Notes under the pieces: generated by a model
What the model saw: the letters and a program-made list of their open reading frames with translations, nothing else
What the model was told of the DNA's origin: nothing
The model's database searches: none
From: Verrucomicrobia bacterium UBA6354
GTDB taxonomy: Bacteria; Verrucomicrobiota; Kiritimatiellia; RFP12; UBA1067
Length of the DNA stretch: 26,859 nucleotides
Assembly: GCA_002440145.1 (NCBI GenBank)
Contig: DJRS01000081.1
Location: 1 to 26,859 of the forward strand
Direction: 5' to 3'
Made by a program: the position numbers and the translations under genes
Shown: piece after piece, positions 9,137 to 18,279 of the stretch
How the letters are laid out: each line of letters begins with the position of its first letter
Position numbering within the stretch: position 1 is the stretch's first letter

Positions 9137-12100
9137 TTATAGATCTTGCATTTTCAGCTCGCGCGGCGCAAGAGCGACGCGATATTCCCGCCCCTCATGG
9201 ACGAACCGGACCGTGTGCGGCTCGCCGGACAGATTGGCCAACGCCGCGCGAAGCTCCCCCGTCGCGCCGGACTTCCACACGTACCCGGCGACACCCGGCA
9301 GTTCGCCGCGGATGGTCGGTGAGAGCGGCGCGTCTTTGACCTTCCACATGTAGAACTGCTTGCGTCCGAGCCATGTGACGGAACGGGCTTGACCGCGTCC
9401 AGAAACGTCAGCTCGCCCTCGAGCGTACCATACGCGAAGCAGTCCAGATGGGCTTGCCGGAATTCCGTCAAGCGCCGGACGAGCGCGCACTTCTCCGCAT
9501 CCTGCAGGATCAGCGGATGGTACCAGCCCAGCGCCTGCCCCCAGACGAGCTCGCGCGCCTGCGCCGCCCAGAAGCTGTCGATGTCGTCTTCATGGTTCTC
9601 GGGCGAGCAGAAATAGGTGGTATAGCCCGAATAGACGGCATGGAAGAACGGCACGTCCTGCGGCGTACGCTGCGTGACCTGCAGATAGCCGTCTATCACG
9701 TTCATCCACTGTTCGCCGCTGCCCTCCACCGTCAAAAACGCGCCTTTCCGGGCATACTGCGCATGAATGCGCGCCAGCAAGGCCTGATAGCCGTCATAAT
9801 ACCACGTGCCGCCGCCTGTCGGGTGGCCGTGCGACGGACTGTAGCAAGGGACGCCTGCGCACGCACCGATCTGGTCCATGAACAGGGATTGCGTCCCCAG
9901 CTCCAGCACGCGAGAGGCAATGGAAGGCAGAATCTCGTTCCAGGCAGGCGACCAGGGGCACATCGGCGCCATGGGCGGCGTCAGGTTTCCGTACTGCTCG
10001 ACATAGGGCGTCCCGTCCGCCTGGGTCAAAGCCGACGGCCGCGCCAGGGCGAAACCGACCAGATTCGTGCTCCACAGACGCCCGTTCACGTACGGCATCG
10101 CCTCCGCGCCGATTCGCCGGCAATAGGCCAGGCATTCGCGCGTCCCGGGCTGTTCGGGAAAGTACTCCGGGTAGTTGACGTCGTGCGGAGAATGCTGCCA
10201 CAAGTGCCAATGGATGCCGACGGGGTGGTTCGGGAAGCGCGCTTTCGCCTGCGCCAACGTATTGGAGACCTCTTCCGGCGAAGCGTGCGTATTCAGCCAA
10301 AGCGGAATCTCCGCCAACCGCCGCGGATAGTCCCGACGGTCGAGAATGCGCCCTTTCGCCGTCCACGGCGCCGTCAACGCCCAACGCCGGTAACGCTTCG
10401 CAGCCTGCCACCAGTCGCCCGCGAGCGCCGCCACCGTCACCTCGTAGCGCGGTCCTTCCGCCGCCCGCCCGGGCAGCCCGGCGTTTTCAACAGGCGTCCT
10501 GAAGCTGACGGTGTTGTCCTTCGCGATTTCAAGCGTCTTGAGGCGACCCTGCGAGTCGTGCGCGGCGATATAAAGCCCGGCGTCTCCCTTGAAGAAGGCT
10601 GTCATCATGGGATAATAGCCATGGCAGCCAAAGGAGAGATCCTCTTTCCCTATGCGGTTGCGGACCAATTTGGCGCCGAGATCGGGCCGCGGCAGAAGAA
10701 CATCCGCCGTCCCTTCCGCCGCAACGCGCCGCAGAATCGGATAGCGCGTCTCCCACAGCGCATAGTTGACGCTGTCGTTCTGTACGTCGAGAGACCAGCG
10801 GCTCTCGCCTTCTTCGGTCAGACGGACGGTCGCGCGTACGGTGAGCGCGTCAGGCTCTCCGGGGAGCGCAAGGCCTTCCCATGCAAAGGCGCATATCCCC
10901 CCCCCCCGAGTGGGTATGACGCGGCGCGCACGGCATGCAGATTTGCCGTTCAATGTGACAAAAGAGCCGTCAACGGCGGAGCGGAGCGTAATCTCCCAGA
11001 ATCCGCAATCGCCCGTCTCCTCGACAAATGAAGCGTTTGTGTCGAGGCAGACTATCGACTTCAACGCGAATCCGTGCGCGGCGTCCGCGAAATCCAGCTC
11101 CAGACGCCTGTTCCGCAAGGTTGCCGTGCCGGGGGTCTCGACAAACGGGGCGGGCTGGAAGAACGAGCCGTCCGGGCGCTTCAAGACGTAGCCGAGCGGT
11201 CGCACGGTCTGGCCCAGCCACAGGTAGGGCGTTTCTCCGTAATTCGACACGATCTGCGACCCGTCTTCGAACGACGTCCGATAGACGTCCGGCGCAAGTT
11301 CGTCGTGCCGCGTCATAAGCTCCCGCTGAAGATGGCGCACGGGCGCGAACTCCTCCCACGCTTTCTTGATGCGCGGCACGTCGGCGAACTTGTAGGTGTA
11401 GAAAATCGGACGGCCGCCGAACTCGATGTTCTTGAGCGCCGCGCGCGGATTCTCGACGCCGTCGCCCTCCATCCACCGCGGATCCCCGCTCTTTTCCAGT
11501 TTGTAGAGGCACTTTCCGCGCGTATGGTTCTGGCACCAGCGGTCGGACGTATAGAGAATGATGCCATGGTAGACCAGCTCCCACAAAGGATACACGCCCG
11601 CCACAAGACCGGACTGCTTTCCATCTTCCAGCAGCTGGAGATCCCGTTCTATATAGTTGATGTAGTCGAGATTCGCCGCGACATGGTCGTACCCCGATTC
11701 GGAAGCCGCGCCGCCCATCAGACGCCGCCCCTCCGCCAGGATGCGGTTCTGATACGCGGCCGTCTGCTCCGGCGTGCAGGGATGCCGCGGATCGCCGCAC
11801 CGCTGGGGATATGTCGCCGAATAGACGTCTATGTAGTGGGGTCCGCGGATTCCCAGCGCCGCCATCTCTTTCATTTCTTCCGGGAGCCAATGCTCCCAGG
11901 CGTATTTCTGGCAGACCCAATAACACTGTCCGCCCGCCCAAAGTCCGCCTTTGTCGAACGTTCCGTCGGCGCGTTTGCACACCCATTCCGGGTTCCACAG
12001 CCGCGAACACATGTAGCCGTCCGTGTTCGTGGCGTGCAGCGCGAACTGGTAGCCGAGCGCCTTGGCTTTCCCGACGAGCCGCAGAAAGGCATCCGCGCCG

Positions 12101-13065
12101 CCGGCTTCCGCGCCTACGGGGAAATGCCCCGGCACGCGCCCGTCGTAGCCGCCGTCCTGCCAGCCGGCCGAACAGACGGACAGCTTGTCGACGCCCGCAT
12201 CCTTGAGGGCCTGCAGAAACTCCTCCGCGACGCCGAAGGGCATGTGGACGGAGACGGGCGGCTCCTCGCCTTTCTTGAAGAAGAGTTTCGCGTCGCTTTC
12301 GTCGGGGATCGGCTTCGCGGCATGCGTCTGGATGCGCACGACCGGGGCTTCGCAGAGATACGCCAGCTCGGGGCTGCCGGGAATGCGCTCTTTTATCGTC
12401 CTGACGCCGCCGTGTTCGCGCTGGTACCGCTGGTAGGCTTTCGCAAGCCCGTTGTAGTCCGCCCGATTCCCGTCCAGCCGGCGGAAATCGATCACGATGT
12501 CGCTGTAAAGGTTCGTGAAAAACGCACGCACGCGGTCGCACCGGAAAGCCGGATAGACTTCGTAGGCGCCGTCTTTTGCGCGCACGGTGAAATCGTAGTC
12601 GAAGCGCCACGATTTGACGTGGGCGTACCACAGCGTATCGCCCTTCTTCACACCGAAGACCGGCATCAGTTGGCGTTCTTTCACGTACAGCCCGTCGTCC
12701 TGGTCGAAGCGGCCGAAGGTTCCCCTTGCCTGGATCCAGTAACCGGGGTCGCCCTTTTGCGCGCGCATGAAACCGGGGATCACCTCCACGACGCGGGCGT
12801 CCGCCGGGATTTCCTCTTTCGGAAGGACGAAACGGAGGCCGCCGTCTCCGATATCCGCCATCTCGACGGAACGCAACTCGACACGGTCGTCCCGTCCTTC
12901 ATCGCCGCAGTGCATGCGGACCGTCGCCGTCTCCGCCCGGACGGGCGACATGCGCAGAAGCGCAAGCCCGAGAACGGCAAGGAGCGCACGGCCAAAAACC
13001 GCGCCGCACGCCCGCGTTCCGGCGGACGGCCGTCTTTCCATCGTATATGCAACTCTCATCGTCAT
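9137..13065 (-). CDS. Secreted two-module putative glycoside hydrolase (DUF5696/GH129-like + DUF6259-like), about 1309 aa after correcting a 1-nt frameshift near 9380
   Basis: Module 1: GWQDGGYDGRVP, ALHATNTD, HYIDVYS, ASESGYDH, YPLWELVYHG. Module 2: HWHLWQHSPHDVNYPEYFP, MPYVNGRLW, FMDQIG, HGHPTGGG. C-terminus continues in ORF 9137..9490. Start chosen at ATG 7 nt after TATAAT. Confidence 0.7.
10897..10907 (-). repeat. G11 homopolymer tract inside coding sequence
   Basis: 11 consecutive C on + strand; encodes R-G-G-G in frame. Confidence 0.9.
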
Positions 13066-13072
13066 GGTCGAT

Positions 13073-13081
13073 ATTATAGCA
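13073..13081 (-). promoter_or_regulatory. Extended -10 promoter (TGCTATAAT) of the glycoside hydrolase operon
   Basis: TGnTATAAT, 7 nt before ATG 13065; no -35 consensus. Confidence 0.75.
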
Positions 13082-13100
13082 TATTCCTTCGCCTGCGCAG

Positions 13101-13136
13101 TTCTCGTATGCGCAAAAAATCTTTTACCCGTTTGCG
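13101..13136. promoter_or_regulatory. Putative regulator binding box, copy 1
   Basis: ttctcgtatgcgcaaaaaatcttttacccgtttgcg; 32/36 identical to 16477..16512; both 22 bp from a TATAAT. Confidence 0.7.
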
Positions 13137-13165
13137 ACCGATTCCGCAACCCGATTCCGTACGTC

Positions 13166-14332
13166 TCAGGCGTGGTAGTAGGCGCACGACGTGGGCGGGC
13201 GCACGTTGGTGAGCGTGCCCGCATAGTGCCGCAGCCAGTGATCCTGCTTGGGGTGCGCCAGCGCCGCCGCCTCGTCCAGCTCGATCCCGAGTCCGGGACG
13301 GTCCGAGGGGTACATGACGCCGTCGGCGAACTTCACGTCCTCGTCGACGACGTCGCCGCGCCAGGGCACGTCGTCGAAGAGCGTCTCGTGGATGCAGTAG
13401 CCGGGCGTGGAGACGCCGAGCGCGAGCGTGACGGCGTTGGCCACGGGGCCTGACGGATTGTGCGCGCAAAACGGGATATGGCGCGTCTCGCAGATCGCCG
13501 CGATGCCCTTCATCGCCGTGATGCCGCCCGCGTGGGAGGCGTCGGGCTGCAGATAGTCGCAGCAGCGCGACTCCACGGCGTCCATGATCTGCTGCGTCGT
13601 GAACAGCCTTTCGCCGCACGCGATCGGCGTACGCACCCGCGAGCGGACGTCCGCCAGCGCGCGCAGGGTGTCGGGGATGACGGGCTCCTCCACCCAGAAC
13701 GGATCGAACTCCTCCAGCGCATGGCAGAGGCGCACGGCCGTCGGCACGTCGAAGCGCCCGTGGCACTCGATGAGGATTTCCGCCTTGCCTTCCGTCGCCT
13801 CCTTCACGGCGGCCACGCACGCCATCGCCTTCTTGAAGTCGGCGGGCGGCAGCTGGCGGTAGTTCCTGCCGAACGGATCCCACTTGAGCCCCTTGAAGCC
13901 GCGCGCGACCGCGGCGCGCGCCTTGTCGGCGAACTCCGACGGCTCCTTCGCTCCGGCGAACCAGCAGTTGGCGTAGCACGGCACGCCATCGCGGCACTTG
14001 CCGCCGATGAGCTTCCAGACCGGCAGGCCGAGCGCCTTGCCCTTGATGTCCCACAGCGCCATGTCGATCGCCGAAAGCGCGCTCATCAGGACAGGCCCGC
14101 CCCGCCAGTAGGCGTCGCGGTAGTTCCGGTGGAATATCCATTCCGTGTCGAACGGGTCGCAACCGACGACCGCGTGCCGGAGATCCTCGATCGCGCCGGC
14201 GAGCGCGTTCTCCTTGTACTCGAGCGTGCCTTCGCCCAGGCCGCTCACGCCCTCGTCGGTCTCGACTTTCACGAACACCCAGTTCGTCCGGAAGCAATCG
14301 ACCGTAAACGTCTTGACATTTGTGATTTTCAC
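13166..14332 (-). CDS. dgoD: Galactonate dehydratase-like enzyme (enolase superfamily, mandelate racemase subgroup), 388 aa
   Basis: GTG start overlapping MFS TGA; NWVFVKVETDEGVSGLGE, YWRGGPVLMSALSAIDMALWDIKGK, IECHGR, WVEEP, ACGER, QPDASHAGG, HNPSGP. Family is secure; substrate is not. Confidence 0.8.
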   Translation of the reverse strand: MKITNVKTFTVDCFRTNWVFVKVETDEGVSGLGEGTLEYKENALAGAIEDLRHAVVGCDPFDTEWIFHRNYRDAYWRGGPVLMSALSAIDMALWDIKGKALGLPVWKLIGGKCRDGVPCYANCWFAGAKEPSEFADKARAAVARGFKGLKWDPFGRNYRQLPPADFKKAMACVAAVKEATEGKAEILIECHGRFDVPTAVRLCHALEEFDPFWVEEPVIPDTLRALADVRSRVRTPIACGERLFTTQQIMDAVESRCCDYLQPDASHAGGITAMKGIAAICETRHIPFCAHNPSGPVANAVTLALGVSTPGYCIHETLFDDVPWRGDVVDEDVKFADGVMYPSDRPGLGIELDEAAALAHPKQDHWLRHYAGTLTNVRPPTSCAYYHA

Positions 14333-15585
14333 TGTTCCACCACCCGATTCTTGTTGAAGGTAAAGAAAAACGAAACCGCCATCGCGAGCGCGCCCAGGAC
14401 GTAGACGCCCGCCATCACGGCGAAGCCCGCCTCGAAGCCCCGCACGCCGTACCGGTCCGCGAGCCCGCCCAGGACGATGCCCGAGAGCCCGCCGAAGAAG
14501 AATGCGATCATGGTAAGCAGCCCGACGGCAGTCGACCGGTAGCGCGGCGGCACGACGTCGAACAGCGACGCGTGCGTGTTCACCTCGAAGAAGCCGCGGA
14601 ACACGCCGTAAACCGCCGCGGCGGCGAGCATGCCGGAGTAGGTCGGCGCGAACCCGAGGGCCGCGAGCGCCGGCGCGCCGCAGAGAAGCGCGGCGATCTG
14701 GAAGCCCAGCCGGAAGCGCGGCATGCGCCGCACGAAGCGGTCCGTCAGCACGCCCCCCAGCAATATGGCGCCCAGCGCGAAGAGATGGTGCCCGAACATG
14801 ACGCCGCGGCCCGCCTCGCCGACGGAAAGCGAATACTTGAGCGCGGCGAACTTGGGCGCCCAGAAGAGGTACGCGTTGTTCACGAAGACGATCGCCACGA
14901 ACCCCGCCGTCGCGCACAGCGCCGACGGATTCCGGAAATAGGCGGCGAGCCCCTCCGCGAGCGGCGCTTTCGGCGCCGCGGCCGCCGCCGGCCGCGGCCG
15001 CGCGGCGGACGGTTCGTCCTTCAGCGCGAAGACGAAGAGAATCCCCAGCAGCGTGCCCGCGAGGCCGAAGGCGATGAAGACCTGCCGCCAGCCGCCGAGA
15101 AAGCCCAGCGCGTGCGCGACCAGCACGCCCGAAAACATCAATCCCGCGTAAAGCGCGGCCTGGTGGATGGAGAGCGCGAGCGAACGCGTCCGCTTGTGGT
15201 GCGCGGCGATCAGCGCGTAGGCGCTCGGCGCGTAGAAACTCTCCCCGACGCCCGTCGCCACGGACCGGAAGAAGAGCGCGCCGGCGAACCCGCCGATGAA
15301 CCCCATGCAGACCGTCATGAGCGACCAGGCGATCAGCGAGACCGTGATGATCCACTTGCGCGAAAAGCGGTCGCCGACGAAGCCCGCCACGACCGTCATG
15401 AGCGCGAGCGTCCAGCTGAGGACCGTGTTGATCCAGCCTATCTGGACGTCCGTCAGCCCGAGCTCCGCCTGGATGGGCACCGTCAGGAGGCCGAACAGCG
15501 CGCGGTCGGCCTGGTGGAAGAAGAACGCGCCCGACAGCAGTGCGACGAGCGCCCACTTGTAGCGGCTTTCGCGCGGCTCAGACAT
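14329..15585 (-). CDS. MFS transporter (sugar/sugar-acid type), 418 aa
   Basis: About 12 hydrophobic segments; HQADR, motif A GFVGDRFSRK, RSVATGVGES, second-half GVLTDRF. Confidence 0.9.
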   Translation of the reverse strand: MSEPRESRYKWALVALLSGAFFFHQADRALFGLLTVPIQAELGLTDVQIGWINTVLSWTLALMTVVAGFVGDRFSRKWIITVSLIAWSLMTVCMGFIGGFAGALFFRSVATGVGESFYAPSAYALIAAHHKRTRSLALSIHQAALYAGLMFSGVLVAHALGFLGGWRQVFIAFGLAGTLLGILFVFALKDEPSAARPRPAAAAAPKAPLAEGLAAYFRNPSALCATAGFVAIVFVNNAYLFWAPKFAALKYSLSVGEAGRGVMFGHHLFALGAILLGGVLTDRFVRRMPRFRLGFQIAALLCGAPALAALGFAPTYSGMLAAAAVYGVFRGFFEVNTHASLFDVVPPRYRSTAVGLLTMIAFFFGGLSGIVLGGLADRYGVRGFEAGFAVMAGVYVLGALAMAVSFFFTFNKNRVVEQ

Positions 15586-16381
15586 CGACGTCCTCCGGCA
15601 TGTGCTGGCAGGAGCACCCCGCGTCGCACGTCACGATCTCGCCGGCCATGTTGCCCGAGTCTTCCGACGCGAGAAACGCGACGACGTTGGCGATGTCCAT
15701 TCCCGTCGCCTCCTTCCGGAGCGGACAGTTCAGCCGCCGGCGCGCGGCTTTCTCGGCGGGCAGGTCGTTCCAGCGCGCCGTGTTGATGTAGCCCGGCGCG
15801 CAGCAGTTGACGCGGACGCCCAGCGGCGAAAGGTCCAGCGCCAGCGACCGCACGAGCGAATTGATGGCGCCCTTCGACGCGCAGTAGGCCGTGCGGTTGC
15901 GGATCGCGCGCATGGCCGTGTTGGACGAAAGGAAGACCACGGTTCCGCGGTACGCGCCGCCGACCGTGTAGGGACGTTTCATGAAGAAGCGGTTGCACGC
16001 GGCCTGCGTGACCTGGAAGCCCCCCTTCACGTTCGTGTTCATGACTTTCAGAATGGCGTCCGGGTCCATCTCGAGCGGTCCGCCCAGCCCCAGACCCTGG
16101 TCCGCCGCGTTGTTGACGAGGATGTCCAGGGTCCCCGCTTCGCGCGCGACGAAATCCATGAGCGCGCCGACCTGCGCCTTGTCGCCGACGTCGCAGGCCT
16201 GCGCCCGCACCCCCGCGACTCCCATCGCCTCCAGCGCGGCTAGCCCCTTCGCGGTCGAGCCGGCCGTCGAACCGCACATGAAGACGCGCGCGCCTTCGTC
16301 CGCGAACTTTTTCACGAGCCACAGGCCCGTGTTTCGGTTTCCTCCCGTCACAAGGACGGTCTTTCCTCCAAATCTTTTCAT
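15578..16381 (-). CDS. Short-chain dehydrogenase/reductase, 267 aa
   Basis: KTVLVTGGNRNTG, DILVNNAA, catalytic YCASK, GVRVNCCAPG; start at MKRFGGK with AAAGG upstream. Confidence 0.9.
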   Translation of the reverse strand: MKRFGGKTVLVTGGNRNTGLWLVKKFADEGARVFMCGSTAGSTAKGLAALEAMGVAGVRAQACDVGDKAQVGALMDFVAREAGTLDILVNNAADQGLGLGGPLEMDPDAILKVMNTNVKGGFQVTQAACNRFFMKRPYTVGGAYRGTVVFLSSNTAMRAIRNRTAYCASKGAINSLVRSLALDLSPLGVRVNCCAPGYINTARWNDLPAEKAARRRLNCPLRKEATGMDIANVVAFLASEDSGNMAGEIVTCDAGCSCQHMPEDVDV

Positions 16382-16448
16382 GACTGTCGCCTTTCGCGCG
16401 GCGCGGCCCTGCCGCAAACCGCCTGTTCTCTCCTTTTCGATGTCTGCT

Positions 16449-16457
16449 ATTATACCA
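16449..16457 (-). promoter_or_regulatory. Extended -10 promoter (TGGTATAAT) of SDR-MFS-dehydratase operon
   Basis: TGnTATAAT about 70 nt upstream of SDR start; no -35 consensus. Confidence 0.7.
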
Positions 16458-16476
16458 TAATCCCAGACCGGGCGCA

Positions 16477-16512
16477 TTCTCGTTTGCGCAAAAAATCTTT
16501 ACCCCGATTGCG
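16477..16512. promoter_or_regulatory. Putative regulator binding box, copy 2
   Basis: ttctcgtttgcgcaaaaaatctttaccccgattgcg between divergent promoters; matches 13101..13136. Confidence 0.7.
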
Positions 16513-16536
16513 TCGTCCCGCGCAATATGCTATAAT
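16508..16536 (+). promoter_or_regulatory. Promoter of regulator gene (TTGCGT-17-TATAAT, extended TG)
   Basis: -35-like 16508-16513, TGCTATAAT 16528-16536, ATG 6 nt later with no SD. Confidence 0.7.
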
Positions 16537-16542
16537 GTCCGC

Positions 16543-17673
16543 ATGAAAACGATCTTGTATGTCAAGAGCAGCGACAGACCGCCCTCCATACTCAAGAACA
16601 AGGGATTCCTGCGCGGCGCGCACCTGTACGGCTGGCAGGTCCAGTCCGTCACGCTCCCCGGCGCGAAAGCGCCGGAACTCGCGGAACTCGTCGCCTTCTG
16701 GAAGGCGGACGCCGTCGTCTGCGACTGCGGCGGATTCTCCACGCCCCCCGACCCGCGCGAAACCGGCGACTGCCCGGCGGTCTGGATATCCTGCCGCCCC
16801 GCGGCAAAAGGGAAAAAAACCTTCACCATAAACGACGACTCCGCCCGCACGGCGGACGAGGCGGCCAAGGAACTTCTTCAGACCGACCGCACCGATTGCG
16901 CGTTCGTGCACTTTCCCCGGACGCGCGCCTGGTCGAAAGAACGCGCCGCGCGGTTCGAGCAGGTCGTCCGGATGCACGGCTGCGGCTTCCATGCGTTCGC
17001 GGCGGACGACGCCATCGACGTCCAGGCTTGGGTGCGCCGCCTGCGCAAATGGATCCGCGCCTTGCCGCGCCCGTGCGGAATCTTCGCCGCGAACGACGTG
17101 GTCTCCAACCATGTGCGCGGCATTTGCGCGGCGGAGAACCTGAGAATCCCGGAGGACGTCGCCATCGTCGGCGTGGACAACGACGAATCCATCTGCGAAG
17201 CCGCCCGTCCGCGCCTCTCCAGCGTGCTCGCCGACAACGAAAGGATGGGCTTTCTCGCCGCGCGCGTCCTCGCCGCGCGCTTCCGCAGTCCGCGGATGAA
17301 ACCCGTCCAGCGCACGGTGCCGCCCCTGATGGTCGTGCGGCGCGAATCGACGCGTCCGCGCAGGCAGACCGACGAGCGTATCGTCAACGCGCTGGAACTC
17401 ATCCGCGAAAAGGCGTGCGAAGGCCTGCGCGCGCGCGACGTGCTGAACGCGCTGGAAGGCTCGCGGCGGAAGGCCGAAATGCATTTTCGCGAAGCGACGG
17501 GCCACTCGGTCCTGGAGGAGATCCAGCGCGTGCGCATGGAACGCGCGCAGGAATTGCTCTGCGACCGGACGCGCCCCGTCAAAGTCGTCGCCCAGATGTG
17601 CGGCTACGCCTCCGAACCCGCCTTCCGCCGCGTCTACTGCGCGCACTACGGCGCCCTGCCCAAGCGGCGGTAA
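16543..17673 (+). CDS. XylR-type transcriptional regulator (LacI-like sensor domain + C-terminal AraC HTH), 376 aa
   Basis: WSKERAARF, LPRPCGIFAAND, IPEDVAIVGVDNDE, LSSV; AraC part SRRKAEMHFREATGHSVLEEIQRVRMERAQELL...VAQMCGY. Confidence 0.9.
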   Translation: MKTILYVKSSDRPPSILKNKGFLRGAHLYGWQVQSVTLPGAKAPELAELVAFWKADAVVCDCGGFSTPPDPRETGDCPAVWISCRPAAKGKKTFTINDDSARTADEAAKELLQTDRTDCAFVHFPRTRAWSKERAARFEQVVRMHGCGFHAFAADDAIDVQAWVRRLRKWIRALPRPCGIFAANDVVSNHVRGICAAENLRIPEDVAIVGVDNDESICEAARPRLSSVLADNERMGFLAARVLAARFRSPRMKPVQRTVPPLMVVRRESTRPRRQTDERIVNALELIREKACEGLRARDVLNALEGSRRKAEMHFREATGHSVLEEIQRVRMERAQELLCDRTRPVKVVAQMCGYASEPAFRRVYCAHYGALPKRR

Positions 17674-17844
17674 ACGCGCCGGCAAGCCCGTCCCTGTCGG
17701 TCGGACAGCTCCGTCGAGCCTGTCCAAAGAGGCGATCAAACGGCTTGAACACCCGCCCCGAATTGGTCAATGGAGGGGTTTGTCCGTCTCTCTTCCTGTG
17801 CGGAAACCGTCCTTTTTCGGGCGGCAAGCAACCTGCCGAATACA

Positions 17845-17997
17845 AAACACCCGGGTGTTTTGATATGAAAGACCCGGGTGTTTGATGGCGAAACACCGGG
17901 TGTTTGATGGTGAAACACCCGGGTGTTTTGGCGTCAAACACCCGGGTGATTTGGGGGCAAATACCCGGGTGTTTTGATATGAAAGACCCGGGTGTTT
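17845..17997. repeat. Tandem array of seven palindromic units (core AAACACCCGGGTGTTT, 23-bp period)
   Basis: Units start at 17845, 17868, 17891, 17913, 17936, 17959, 17982 with 7-nt linkers. Confidence 0.95.
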
Positions 17998-18218
17998 CAG
18001 CATCATGAGATTGCCGGATAGATTCGACCGGGTAGTCCCCGCCGTCCCAGGAGGGCGCCCAAAGAATGCAGGCAAGAGACTCGAACGCTCTGTTCAAGCC
18101 TCTCGCCGAGGCTCGGGAGACGCCTTAAAGGCGTCGTTCAAGCCAATCTGCCGCGGACGCATGGGCGGTCTCCATGCGGGGGCGCGCGGACAGGAAGAGG
18201 AACTCTCGCCCACCCCCC

Positions 18219-18257
18219 AAACAAAACGGCCTCCCCCGATCGTGCGGGGAAGGCCGT
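18219..18257 (-). terminator. Intrinsic terminator downstream of argS
   Basis: Minus strand ACGGCCTTCCCCG-loop-CGGGGGAGGCCGT followed by TTTGTTT. Confidence 0.75.
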
Positions 18258-18279
18258 CCGTTCCATCTGAGACCGGGCG

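Noticed and set aside
13166..15556. 796-aa ORF suggesting a dehydratase fusion
   Set aside because: The N-terminal half is an off-frame shadow of the MFS gene; the real start is GTG 14332.
17845..17997. CRISPR array
   Set aside because: Linkers are only 7 nt and partly repeated; no cas genes.
17579..18097. ORFs with KHPG/TPG peptide repeats
   Set aside because: By-products of a 23-bp non-triplet repeat; they appear in several frames on both strands.
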